This document shows, piece by piece, positions 1 to 11,699 of a stretch of DNA of 64,000 bases (position 1 is the first letter of the stretch; every line of letters starts with the position of its first letter). The notes below the pieces were generated by a model that ran no database searches, had not been told where the DNA came from, and saw nothing but the letters and a program-made list of their open reading frames with translations. Origin of the DNA: Chiloscyllium plagiosum (Eukaryota); assembly GCF_004010195.1 (NCBI RefSeq), contig NC_057754.1, forward strand, positions 6,096,611-6,160,610, in the 5' to 3' direction. The position numbers and the translations under genes were made by a program.

Positions 1-2585
1 TATCTCGTACACTGGAAATAAACCACCCTGAAACCCTCGATTTGATTCCTGTCTCACCGTCGCACCTGGTTATCTCATATACTGTACATATACCACCCTG
101 AACCCCTCAATTAAATTCCAGTCTGTCCCTCACTCTTGAGTACCTCATATGCTGTATATAAACCACTTCGAACCCATCGATTAGATTTCAGTCTCTCCCT
201 CACTCCGGTGTATCTGATTGCTGTATGTAAACCACCCTGAACCCCTCCATTAGATTTCAGTCTCTCCCTCACTACTGAGTATCTCATATGCTGTATGCAA
301 ACCACCCTGAACCCCTTGATTCGATTCCAATCTGTCCCTCGCTCTTGGGTATCCCATATGCTATATATAAACCACCCCGAACCACTCGGTTAGATTTCAG
401 TCTCTAACTCACTCATGGGTATCTCATTTTCTGTATATAAAAAACCTCAACCCCTCGGTTAGATTAGAGTCTCTCCCTCAATCCTGGGATTCTCTTATGC
501 TTTATATAAACAACCCTGTACCCCGCGATTAGATTTCAGTCTCTCCCTCACTCATGGGTATCTCATATGCTGTATATAAACCACCCTGAACCCCTCGATT
601 AGATTCTGGTCTCTCCCTCACTCATGGGTATCTCATATGCTGTATATAAACCACCCTGTACCCCGTGATTAGATTTCAGTCTCTCCCTCACTCATGGGTA
701 TCTCATATGCTGTATATAAACCACCCCAAACTCCTCAATTTAATTCCAGTCTGTCCCTCACTCTTGGGTATCTCAAATGCTGTATATAAACCACCCCGAA
801 CCCCTAGATTTGATTCCTGTCTCACCGTCTTTCCTGGTTATCTCATATGCTGTACATAAACCATCCTGAACCCCTCGATTAGATTCCAGTCTCTCCCTCA
901 CACCTGGTTATCTCATATGCTTTATATAAACCACCCTGTACACAGTGATTAGATTTCAGTCTCTCCCTCACTCATGGGTATCTCATATGCTGTATATAAA
1001 CCACCCCAAACGCCTCAATTTAATTCCAGTCTGTCCCTCACTCTTGGGTATCTCAAATGCTGTATATGAACCACCCCGAACCCCTAGATTTGATTCCTGT
1101 CTCACCGTCTTTCCTGGTTATCTCATATGCTGTACATAAACCACCCTGAACCCCTCGATTAGATTCCAGTCTCTCCCTCACACCTGGCTATCTCATATGC
1201 TTTATATAAACCACCCTGTACCCCGCGATTAGATTTCAGTCTCTCCCTCACTCATTGTGTATCTCATATGCTGTTTGTAAACCACCCATAACCCCTCGAT
1301 TAGATTCCAGTCTGTCCCTCACTTTTGAGTACCTCATATGCTGTATTTTAACCACTTCGAACCCCTCAATTAGATTCCAATCTGTCCCTCACACTTGGGC
1401 ATTTCATTTGCTGTGTATAAACCACCCCGAACCCCTCGATTAGATTTTCGTCTCTCCCTCATTCCTGGGTATCTCATATGCTGTATATAAACCACCTCGA
1501 ATCTCTCGATTAGATTCCAGTCTCTCCCTCACTCCAGGGTATCTCATATGCTGTATGTATACCACCCTGAACCCCTCAGTTAGATTTCAGTCTCTCACCA
1601 CTCCTGGCTATCTCGTACACTGGAAATAAACCACCCTGAAACCCTCGATTTGATTCCTGTCTCACCGTCGCACCTGGTTATCTCATATACTGTACATAAA
1701 CCACCCTGAACCCCTCAATTTAATTCCAGTCTGTCCCTCACTCTTGTGTACCTCATATGCTGTATATAAACCACTTCGAACCCCTCGGTTAGATTTCAGT
1801 CTCTCCCTCACTCCGGTGTATCTGATTGCTGTATGTAAACCACCCCGAACCCATCGATTAGATTTCAGTCTCTCCCTCACTACTGAGTATCTCATATCCT
1901 GTACGTAAACCACCCTGAACCCCTCCATTAGATTTCAGTCTCTCCCTCACTCCTGGGTATCTCATATGCTGTATGTAAACAACCCTGAACCCCTCGATTC
2001 GATTCCAGTCTCTCCCTCACACCTGGTTATCTCATATGCTGTATGTAAACTACCCTCAACCACTCGATTATATTCCAGTCTCTCCCTCACTCCTGGATAT
2101 CTCATATGCTGTATATAAACCACCCCGAACCCGTCGATTAGATTTTGGTCTCTCCCACACTCATGGGTATCCCATATGCTGTATATAAACCACCGTGAAC
2201 CCCTTGATTAGATTCCAGTCTCTCCCTCACACCTGGGTATCTCATATGCTGTATATAAACCACCCCGAACGCCTCGATTACATTTCAGTCTGTCCGTCAC
2301 TCTTGGGTATCTCATTTGCTGTATATAAACTACCCCGAAACCCTCAAATAGATTACAGTCTCTCCCTCGCTCCTGCTTATCGCATATGCTGTTTATAAAC
2401 CACCCCGAACCCGTCGATTACATTTCAGTCCTTCCCTCACTCCTCGGAATCATATGCTGTATGTAAACTACCCTGAACCCCTCGATTTGATTCCAGTGTC
2501 TGTCCCTCACTCTTGGGTGTCTCATATGCTGTGTGCAAACCATAAACACCTCAATTAGATTCCAGTCTGGAACTCACTCCTGGGG
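1..2585. repeat. 70-bp tandem satellite array (consensus approx. TATCTCATATGCTGTATATAAACCACCCTGAACCCCTCGATTAGATTCCAGTCTCTCCCTCACTCCTGGG)
   Basis: Head-to-tail diverged 70-bp monomers throughout. Near-identical ORF translations at 665 and 945 (280 bp = 4 monomers). The variant monomer at 1 recurs at 1609. Confidence 0.97.
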
Positions 2586-2762
2586 ATGTGTTATTGGATC
2601 AGTGAAGTGATCCTTGTTGGATGTTGACCGAAGACAAGGTAAACTAAATGGTCAAATGTTACATTGGGAGCAGGAACACAGAAAGCTGCTGTTTCATTTC
2701 AGTTCTGTTACATATCTCCAAGTTTCAGATTGGGACTGAATTTCTGTCACAATGGGGAAAAT

Positions 2763-3273
2763 CTCAAAAGCTGTTTACTGTCCTGCTTGAATGCATCATC
2801 ATAAAATGAATTCCCTTGCAAGATAGGAAATGGAGACAGCTTCTGGATGGTGTCTGTATCTGTGTGTGTGTGATTCTGTCTGTCTGTGTATGTCTGTCTG
2901 TGTGTGATTCTGTGTGCGTTTTAATGTTTTATATATTTTCAAACTGCATTGAAGTTGCCAGTCTCTCTTGCTTTTCGGTATTTATAAACTCAATGTCATC
3001 GTTTTGCTGATATAAAACTCAAAAGCTGTTTACTGTCCTGCTTGAATGCATCATCATAACATGAATTCCCTTGCAAGATAGGAAATGGAGACAGCTTCTG
3101 GATGGTGCCTGTATCTCTGTGTGTGTGATTCTGCCTGTCCGTATATGTCTGTTTGTGTGTGATTCTGTGTGCGTGTTCAATGTTTTATATATTTTCAAAC
3201 TGCATTGATGTTGCCAGTCTCTCTTGCTTTTCCGTATTTATAAACTCAATGTCATCGTTTTGCTGATATAAAA
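2763..3273. repeat. Direct tandem duplication of ~255 bp in the non-satellite spacer
   Basis: CTCAAAAGCTGTTTACTGTCCTGCTTGAATGC starts at 2763 and 3018; both copies end in GATATAAAA. Confidence 0.93.
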
Positions 3274-3664
3274 TGGTGGCTGTGGACAAATTTAAAATGT
3301 CTGCCTGACTGATGTGTGTCAGGAATACTTTCACCAAGGGAGAGGGGACAATGTGTCAAAAGCCATTTACATTCATTGATGTTAGCAGAGATAGGAAATT
3401 GAGACAGCTCTTTGAAGGGGATGAAAATGTAAATCTCAGATACTGTTTCCAGTGAATCCGCAGAGACAATGTGACATTCCTGAAAAGTCTGCCTTACTTT
3501 CCAAGCTCCTAGTACATGAGAGAAACATAATATACAAAACCTGAAAGAGCTCAGCCACTGAATTGTCGATTTGCAGCGTTTGATCAGGCTAGGCTAGGCT
3601 AGGCCTTATCCCAAATTGAAGGGTTTTTCAAATCCAACACTGACCTTCTGTGGGTTTAAATTGG

Positions 3665-4319
3665 GAACCCATTGACTAGATTCAAGGCTGTAAATCACTC
3701 TGGGCTATCTTTTTCTCTGTACATAACCACACTGAGCCCCTCGATTAAATTCCAAGCTGTAACTCACCCTGGGCTATCTGTTACTCTGTATATAAACCAC
3801 TCTGAACCCATCGATTAGATTCCAGTCTGTCCCTCGCTCTTGGGTATCTCATATCCTATATATAAACCACCCGAACCGCTCGGTTAGATTTCAGTCTCTA
3901 ACTCACTCATGGGTATCTCATATGCTGTATATAAAAAACCTCAACCCCTCGGTTAGATTAGAGTCTCTCCCTCAATCATGGGTATCTCATATGCTTTATA
4001 TAAACCACCCTGAACCCCTCGATTAGATTCCAGTCTCTCCCTCACACCTGGTTATCTCATATGCTTTATATAAACCACCCTGTACCCCGTGATTAGATTT
4101 CAGTCTCTCCCTCACTCATGGGTATCTCATATGCTGCATATAAACCACCCCAAACCCCTCAATTTAATTCCAGTTTGTCCCTCACTCTTGGGTATCTCAA
4201 ATGCTGTATATAAACCACCCGAACCCCTAGATTTGATTCCTGTCTCACCGTCTGTCCTGGTTATCTCATATGCTGTACATAAACCTCCCTGAACCCCTTA
4301 ATTTAATTCCAGTCTGTCC
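3665..4319. repeat. 70-bp satellite array resumes (degenerate at left edge), ends at gap
   Basis: Same monomer; 3830-3990 matches the variant order at about 337-490. Confidence 0.93.
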
Positions 4320-4819
4320 NNNNNNNNNNNNNNNNNNNNNNNNNNNNNNNNNNNNNNNNNNNNNNNNNNNNNNNNNNNNNNNNNNNNNNNNNNNNNNNNN
4401 NNNNNNNNNNNNNNNNNNNNNNNNNNNNNNNNNNNNNNNNNNNNNNNNNNNNNNNNNNNNNNNNNNNNNNNNNNNNNNNNNNNNNNNNNNNNNNNNNNNN
4501 NNNNNNNNNNNNNNNNNNNNNNNNNNNNNNNNNNNNNNNNNNNNNNNNNNNNNNNNNNNNNNNNNNNNNNNNNNNNNNNNNNNNNNNNNNNNNNNNNNNN
4601 NNNNNNNNNNNNNNNNNNNNNNNNNNNNNNNNNNNNNNNNNNNNNNNNNNNNNNNNNNNNNNNNNNNNNNNNNNNNNNNNNNNNNNNNNNNNNNNNNNNN
4701 NNNNNNNNNNNNNNNNNNNNNNNNNNNNNNNNNNNNNNNNNNNNNNNNNNNNNNNNNNNNNNNNNNNNNNNNNNNNNNNNNNNNNNNNNNNNNNNNNNNN
4801 NNNNNNNNNNNNNNNNNNN
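4320..4819. other. Assembly gap (500 N)
   Basis: Run of N; the round size suggests a scaffolding join of unknown length. Confidence 0.99.
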
Positions 4820-5320
4820 TGCCTTGACAGTCTAATCTGTGAACAGTTCCAGCCTCAGACATACCTCTCTTCTCACTATCCCTTTAGGTTTATCCTGAAT
4901 CCCTCACTGGTTTAATGCCTCCCGAGTGGCCCGAGCAAATCTCCCTGCTCGTCAGGACCCCATGCTTTCCCCTTCCTATGCCATTGGTACCAATGTACAA
5001 TGAGCTCCCATTGGTTATTCTCCCCTATGAGAAGATTCTGCACCATCTCAGAGTCATCCTTGACCCCGCACCACCCCATTCTTATGTCTCACGGTTAGCT
5101 GCAGAAACGGCAGACTATGTCTCTGACTAGAGAGTCCCCTATCACCATTGATCACGTGGAACTGGATATATCACACATTACAGTGGAGCCAGTCTCAGTC
5201 ACAGTAAATTGGCAGTCAGTGCTAAATTTCCCTGAAAGTCTATTACCAACTACATTTTCCAAAACAGTATACTTGTCTGAGATGGGGATAGCCACAGGAG
5301 ACTCCTGCAGTACCTGCCTC
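4820..5320 (-). mobile_element. CR1 LINE 5'/ORF1-region fragment (part of duplicated block)
   Basis: Minus ORF 5152..5520 contains QVLQESPVAIPISDKYTVLENV, typical of CR1 ORF1. Paralogous to 61557-62065 and 45380-46105. Confidence 0.7.
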
Positions 5321-5445
5321 GACCAGTATTTATTGGCCACCTTTTTTTGTGTTGGAGGAAGTGGTGGTAGACTGTCTTCCTGAAATGTTGCAGTCCATGT
5401 ACACCAGAGTGATGTTTGGACAACAATCCCCCTGTAGCCCCACAA

Positions 5446-5732
5446 CCCTCCCTGTCTCTGTAATCCCCCTCCAGCCTCACCACCCTCCGTGTCTCTGTTA
5501 ATCCCCTCCAGCGTCACCACCCTCCCTGTCTCTGTAATCCCCCTCCAGCGTCACCGCCCTCCGTGTCTCTGTAATCCCCTCCAGCGTCACCACCCTCCCT
5601 GTCTCTGTAATCCCCCTCCAGCGTCACCGCCCTCCCTGTCTCTGTAATCCCCCTCCAGCGTCACCGCCCTCCGTGTCTCTGTAATCCCCTCCAGCGTCAC
5701 CGCCCTCCGTGTCTCTGTAATCCCCCTCCAGC
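5446..5732. repeat. 37-bp minisatellite (CCTCCCTGTCTCTGTAATCCCCCTCCAGCGTCACCAC), ~7-8 copies
   Basis: CTCTGT(T)AATC recurs at 5456, 5493, 5530 and onward. Confidence 0.95.
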
Positions 5733-5954
5733 TTCAGAAATTACATTTCCATGGCATAAGATTTTTATTTGGATTCATTTTTGTTTCTTTTATCTCACAA
5801 ATGTAAAATAAAAAACAGAAAAAAACGTGAAATATTTTGCCCCAAACAGACTTCTGTTGATTGACCTTTTGAATAGTCCACCACATGGACGTTTCAGTAT
5901 TTTATCACAAATTGTACACGTAGAATGATGGAATTTTTTTAAAACACTGTTAAA

Positions 5955-6265
5955 AGGGAGGCAATGGCCTAATGGTATTCTTGCTAAACGAGTAATATGT
6001 GTAATGTTCCGAGGATTAGGGTTAGAATCCCAACATGGCTGATGGTGGCATCTGAATTCAATACAATCTAGAATGAAAAGACTAATGATGACCATGAAAC
6101 TATTGTCGATTGTTAGAAAACACCCATCTGATTCACTAATGTTCTTTAGGGAAAGAAACTGTCATCCTCACCTGGTCTGACCGACAGGTAACTCCAGACC
6201 CACAGTAATGTAGTTAACTCTCAACGGCCCTCAGGGTAAAAACCCACATCAACTGAGTGAACAAA
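5955..6265 (+). mobile_element. tRNA-derived SINE (second family; related copies near 12655, 60610, 63075)
   Basis: A-box-like TGGCCTAATGG and B-box-like GGTTAGAATCC head, followed by a shared body (GATGGTGG..TGAATTCAAT..GACCATGAAAC..ACTCCAGACCCACAG). Confidence 0.7.
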
Positions 6266-6409
6266 CAAAAATATATTTATTTTTAAATCGTGGAAGAGAG
6301 CTTTTTAAAAATAAAATTGTGTTTTCAAAATTTAAATCACCTTGGTCGGATAGCACTATAGACGCCGCAATAATCAGAGTGAACGAAAGGAACGGACAGA
6401 GAGATCTCA

Positions 6410-8130
6410 GATGTAAAGTCAGAACAATAAGGTGGTAATAGTAGATGATTTAATTTTGCAAACATTGACTGGGACTACCATAGTATGAAAGGTTTGGTTG
6501 GTAAAGAATTTGTTAAACGTGTTTGAGAAAATGTTCTTTATCAATATGTACATGTTCCTATCGGAAAGCAAGCAACACCTGACCTTTCCTTGGCTGATCA
6601 GACAGGGCAAGTGACTGAAGTGATAAGACGGGAACAGTTTGGGTGGGAGGAAATTGTGGGCACCATGGAGAAATATTTCTACAATCGATAACTACGGGTG
6701 AGCTACCTGATGAGTGGAGAGTGGCTAATGTTGTACCTTTGTTTGTGAAGGGATAGGAGGAGAAGGGTCGGAACTGTAGACCTCAGAGTCTGACTTCAGT
6801 GGTGGGTGACCTGTTGGAGATCATGCAGAAGATAGGGTTTACATGTATTTGGAGAGTTAAGGAATGATTAGGGACAGTCAACATGGTTACACAAGAGGGT
6901 ATCTCACAGACCTGACTGAGCTTTTTAAGGTAATAACCAAGAAGATCGATGAGGGCAGAGTGTTAGACATTATTTATTTGGACTTTAGTAAAGCCTTTCA
7001 CAAGGTTCTGCATGGGAGACTAATTTGTAAAGTTTGATCACATGGGATTCAGGAAGAGCTTGCCAACTGGATACAAAACTAGTTTAACGGTAGGAACAGA
7101 GTGTAATAGTGGAGGGTTGTTTTTCAGACTGGAGGCCCGTGACCAGTAGTGTCCTACAGGAATCGGTGCTGGGTCCATTTTTGTTTGCCATGCGTGTAGA
7201 TGATTTGGGTAAGAATATACAAAGTATGGTTTGTTTGTGGGTGACATCAAATCTGTTAAAGTGGACAGTAACAAAGGTTACTTATGATTACAAAGGGATC
7301 TTGATCAATTGGGTGAATGGGATGAAGAGGTGCAGATGGAGTTTAATTTGAATAAATGTAAGCTATTACATTTTGATAAAACAGACATCCCCATTAGCCT
7401 CATTAATTAATTTCACTAATTAAAAGTAAGGCCTTGAGTAGTGACATAGAACAAACAGACCGAGGGGTTCAGGTCTTGTGTCATATGTAGACAGGGTGGT
7501 TCAGAAGGTGTTTAGCACGCCTACCTTCATTGCTCAGACCTTTGGGTACAGGAGTTGGGACGTAATGTTGAGGCTGTACAGGATGCTGGTGAGGCCTTTT
7601 CTGCAATACTGCGTCCAATTCTGGTTCCCCGTTATAGGAAGGATGTTATTAGAAAAAGTTCAGAAGATATTTCCCAGAATGTTGCCATGAATGGAGGGGT
7701 AGTGTTGAAGGAGTGGCTGGATAGACTGAGATTTCTTTCACTGGAGTGTAGGAGGTTGAGGGGTGAACTTATTAGAGGTTTATAAAATCACGGAGAGTAT
7801 AGATAAGATGAATGCCCGGGGGGTCGCAGGGGGATTGAAGACTCGGGTGCATACATTTTGAGGAGAGATGAGAAAGGTTTTAAATAGATTTAAGGATGTT
7901 GTATAGATACTTTATAGATATCCTAATAGATATTAGGATATTTTTACATTTGTGCAATGAACTGCAAGGGGAAATGTTAGCTGTGAATACAATTACATTC
8001 TTTAAAAGACATGTGCAAAAGTTCATAAATACGAAATATTTTGAGGCAGGTGCATGCAGTTAGTTTAGTTTGGAATTATAGTCGACATGGATTGGTTAGA
8101 CCACAGGGTCTGTTTCTATGCTGAATAATT
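6410..8130 (+). mobile_element. Decayed CR1 LINE ORF2 (endonuclease/RT fragments) and 3' end
   Basis: Fragments SDWRPVTSSVLQESVLGPFLF and LYRMLVRPFLQYCVQFW; many stops and frameshifts. Confidence 0.9.
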
Positions 8131-8714
8131 TTAAGACTCTAACTCTCGGTGTCTCTGTAAATTGCTCCATGCTCACAACTCTCCCTATCACTGTCACCTC
8201 ATCAGCTTCACAACTCTTTCTTATCTCTGTAATTCCCCTCCAGCCTCAGAACCCTCACTATCTCTGGTATCACAAAACATCTGTCTCTGTAACATCATCC
8301 ATTCTCACAATCCTCCTTGTCTTTGTAATCTCCTCGAGCCCCAGAAATCTCTGTGCTAAGTGCCTTTCTCTAATTCCAGCCTTGAGGATAGCCCATTTTT
8401 AATTCAGATTCATGCACCCTGAGCTCCAGAAATTACCACCAAACCTCTCTGCTCATTTTCCTCATCAAAACATTAACTAATCATGTATCATCTATTCTAA
8501 TATCAAAAGGTATTAGATGATCATACCGGGTGTGTGTGCTTCATGACCAATGTGAATAAGATGGGAGCATTGTGTTAAACAGTTTTATACCAGAGACTCT
8601 GACCCCATTTTATTCCATGTTCCTCTGTGATTCTCTTTTCGAAGCAGATAGGAGTGGGAAGCAGTGGAGAATGTAAATGATACATAGTATTCATAGTGAG
8701 AGGATTCCACTACC

Positions 8715-9310
8715 ATGGGCTGTTTACCCTCCAGCTCCACAATGTCCGATAGCCTATCCAAACTATTGCGGATCCTGGCACCAGGGAGGTAACATACCAT
8801 CCTGGATTCATGTCTGTGGCCATAGAAGTGCCTGTCTGTGCCCTGACTATTGAATCCCCTGTCACTTTAGCCCTGCCACTCTCTTTCCTCCCATTCTGTG
8901 CAGCAGACCTTTCTGTGGTGTCAAAAACCTGGCTGTTGCTGATTTCCCGAGAGGCTACCCCACCCATAACCTCCCAACAGAATCCCAAGTGGTATATCTG
9001 TACCTGTTTGAGAAGGGGATAACCACTGGGGATTCCTGCACTTCCTGTCTATTTTCTTGACCCATTCCCTTTCTGCCTGTGTAGCCCTCACCTGCAGTGT
9101 GACTAACTCACTAAACGTGCTGACCATAACATTCGCAGTATCGAAGGTGGTCCACAGTGAGTCCACTCACCGCTCCAGGTCTGAAAAGCAGTTTCCCAGT
9201 AGCTGCAGGTGGGTCCACTTCCTGCAAACATAGCCATCATGGACACTGGAGGCTTCCCTTATTTCCCACATTATGCAAGAGTAGCACACCACGGGACTGA
9301 GGGCTCCTAT
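8715..9310 (-). mobile_element. CR1 LINE ORF1 fragment (SGNH/GDSL esterase-like)
   Basis: Minus-strand peptides VTGDSIVR and MVCYLPGARI match the CR1 ORF1 esterase motifs; paralog at 34636-35160. Confidence 0.8.
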
Positions 9311-10037
9311 CTCAATGTCTCTCTTTATTCATTTAGTTACTCCCATTAAGAGAATTTAAATGAACTAGCAACCTTCCTTCACACAAACATTTCTATTAAA
9401 ATCAAAAGCACCAATTTTTATTTAATCTGTTATGTTATACTTTAAAAACTGTTAAGAAATACTCCACAGGTATCACTTAAAAAGCTGACTGTTCCCATTG
9501 GGATCATGTGAGTTTCTGAATGGCCTGAACCAAAACTGAGTTTCAGCTTCACCTTCTCCCTGTCTTACCTCCCTCTGTTTACATCCAACTTTAAAACTCT
9601 CTCATTGAGCCAATCAGCACTCACAGTGCAGCCTTGTCATTTTCATTGTCTGCTCACACCTACACTACCCTCAGCCTCCTGTACTGTTCCAATGCATTTC
9701 AATGGGAGCTCAGGAACAGCAACTCACCTTTCAATTCAGTCCTTTGTAACCCCAGAGTCAATATGTACCTCAGCAGTTTCTGGATGAATGGACGGTTGTT
9801 GGAATCTGGAACATTCTACCTGGAAAGGTTCTCGAATTTGAGTCTATAAGGAGTTTTAATGAGAAATTTGCAGGTAATTGAAAATAAGGAGTTTACAGGT
9901 TAACATCATGAAGTGGGTGATTGTAAGAAGTGTCAGATTTAGATCCAAAGAGAAGAGGTGTAGTTTGGATAAATACATGCTCCCTCTCAGGCCAATATCT
10001 CCTTACTCAGCTGCAGGGCCCAGAAGACAGCACATAT

Positions 10038-10215
10038 CCAAAGGGTGATCCAACCACGAATTTGTACATATTTCTGCTTAACAAAAATATTGGAAATATT
10101 TTCTCGCAAACAGAACAGACAAACCCTTCTCCTTCCACAGTTAAATGCCAGTGATGTTCAGATCCTGATGACTCCATCGACTGCAAAAACTTGCTTTGAG
10201 ATCCCAGCCTCAATT
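10038..10215 (-). pseudogene. Degenerate exon encoding a C2H2 zinc-finger-like remnant (VEGEGFVCSVCEKIF)
   Basis: F-x-C-x2-C-x-K-x-F half finger with no His pair. Donor is ATATGT here versus GTATGT in the paralogs (35859-35864, 63951-63956). The acceptor seen in the 35.9-kb paralog is deleted here. Confidence 0.55.
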
Positions 10216-10339
10216 ATTATGAATTCACAAAACAAAACTCACAGTCAGTGTAGGAGGAATATTAAAGACATACTTTTCTCTTGGTATGTGCTTGAGGTGT
10301 AAATGCCTCTCTCCAAATCGCACACCCCATCCTAGGAAG

Positions 10340-10770
10340 AGGACATGCACATGCGCCTCACTGTACCTTGCCCCTAATAAAGATGGCGACCATATCCCAG
10401 GTCCTATCACTGCCTGAGGACCGCAGCCGTTTTCCCATCTGCTGCAAACGCGGGACCCAGAGTTTCAAATTCAGACTAACGACCTGCACAGAGTGTAATT
10501 AAAACTTCCCAGTCTAAAGTGATTCATTATCTCCGTCTCCAAGGCCACTCTCCCCTTCCCTGTTTGCGTCTCCCACATTCACCAATGGCCGAGTCACATG
10601 GCACTGCACAGGCTGAGTTATTGGTGACGTGTCATCCCACTGGCCAAGCCCTTTATTCACTCCCATTGCTTGGATGACCAGCTGGTTCTACTTCGTCCAC
10701 CAGTCCCACCATTTTTTCCTATTGGTCCGAAACTGACATCAATTAGCTGGACCCCATTGTGAGGTCAGTG
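10340..10770 (-). promoter_or_regulatory. Promoter/first-exon module, paralog 1
   Basis: YY1-type AAGATGGCG (~10380), NRF1-like GCACATGCGC (~10348) and CCAAT/ATTGG boxes (~10582, ~10721). Shares TGCAAACGCGGGAC with the modules at 17.8, 18.2, 36.1 and 55.7 kb. Confidence 0.6.
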
Positions 10771-10910
10771 GTGGGATCCTCCCCCTGTCTGAATCAAACC
10801 CAGAAGGTGTATCGATGGTGTCAATCAGGAACAACAAGCAGGTCTGGCAGCATCTGGGAACAGAAATCTGTTCAGTGGCCCTTCCTCAGAACTGATGGGA
10901 GCTGGGAAAA

Positions 10911-11105
10911 TTAGAATCCTGTCAGTGTGGAAACAGGTCATTCGGTCCAAAAAGTCCACAGTGTCCCTCCGAAGGGTATCCCACCCAGACCCATTCCCCT
11001 ACCCTATTACTCTACATTTCTGCTGACTAATGCACCTAACCTACACTTCCCTGAACATTATGGGAAATTTAGCTTGGCCAATTCAACTAACCTGCAGATC
11101 TTTAT
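10911..11105 (-). mobile_element. HE1/V-SINE 3' fragment
   Basis: Reverse complement of the SINE body (AATTTAGC.TGGCCAATTCA.CTAACCTGCA); paralog at 36578-36775. Confidence 0.7.
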
Positions 11106-11699
11106 ACTGCAGGAGATATGGGTTAAAGAGTAAATAATAGGCAGGGACAGAACCCAAAGAGAGACCGGAACATTTGGAAAGACAAAGGAGTGGATTACGA
11201 TCTGGCTGGGATGGTGCATAGCTGTTAATGGAGAGGACAGGAAACGGGTCCTGGCAGCATCTCAGTGGAGGTGATGGAAATGGCAGCTGATGATCTACGT
11301 TCTGCTGCAAAGCAGACCCTGAGCTTCCAGTTGCCTGTCACTTTAACGCACGAGCCTGTTCCCTGGCCAACATCTCTGTCTCATGCTTACTGCAGTGTTC
11401 CAGTAAAGCCTGAGCATACCAAATTGCCCCATATTTCAAGGACTGCAAATTTCCCTCCCACGTTGTCAATACCATCGAATGTGTCTCCTCCACTTCCCGC
11501 ACCTCTGTCTTTGAATTCCACACCTCCAACTGCAAGTATAGAACCCTCCCCAAGTCCTTACCATCCAGCCGATTACAACACATCATCCTCTGCCACTTCC
11601 ACCACTTCTGACAATCAAATCCCACCACCAGATTCTTAAGGGGTTTGACAGGATAAATAGTGAGAGATGTTTCCCATCATGGGGGAGTCCGAAACCAGA

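Noticed and set aside
1..2585. CRISPR-like array or repetitive protein ORFs
   Set aside because: Whole monomers repeat with no unique spacers, the context is eukaryotic, and the short ORFs are translations of the satellite.
4266..4862. Long ORFs spanning N runs (also 32027-32790 and 33663-34016)
   Set aside because: Length comes from untranslatable N bases.
10040..10080. C/D-box snoRNA in the thrice-repeated GGGTGATCCAACCA...TTCTG segment
   Set aside because: No proper C box (RTGATGA), D box not conserved across copies, and the repetition is explained by segmental duplication.
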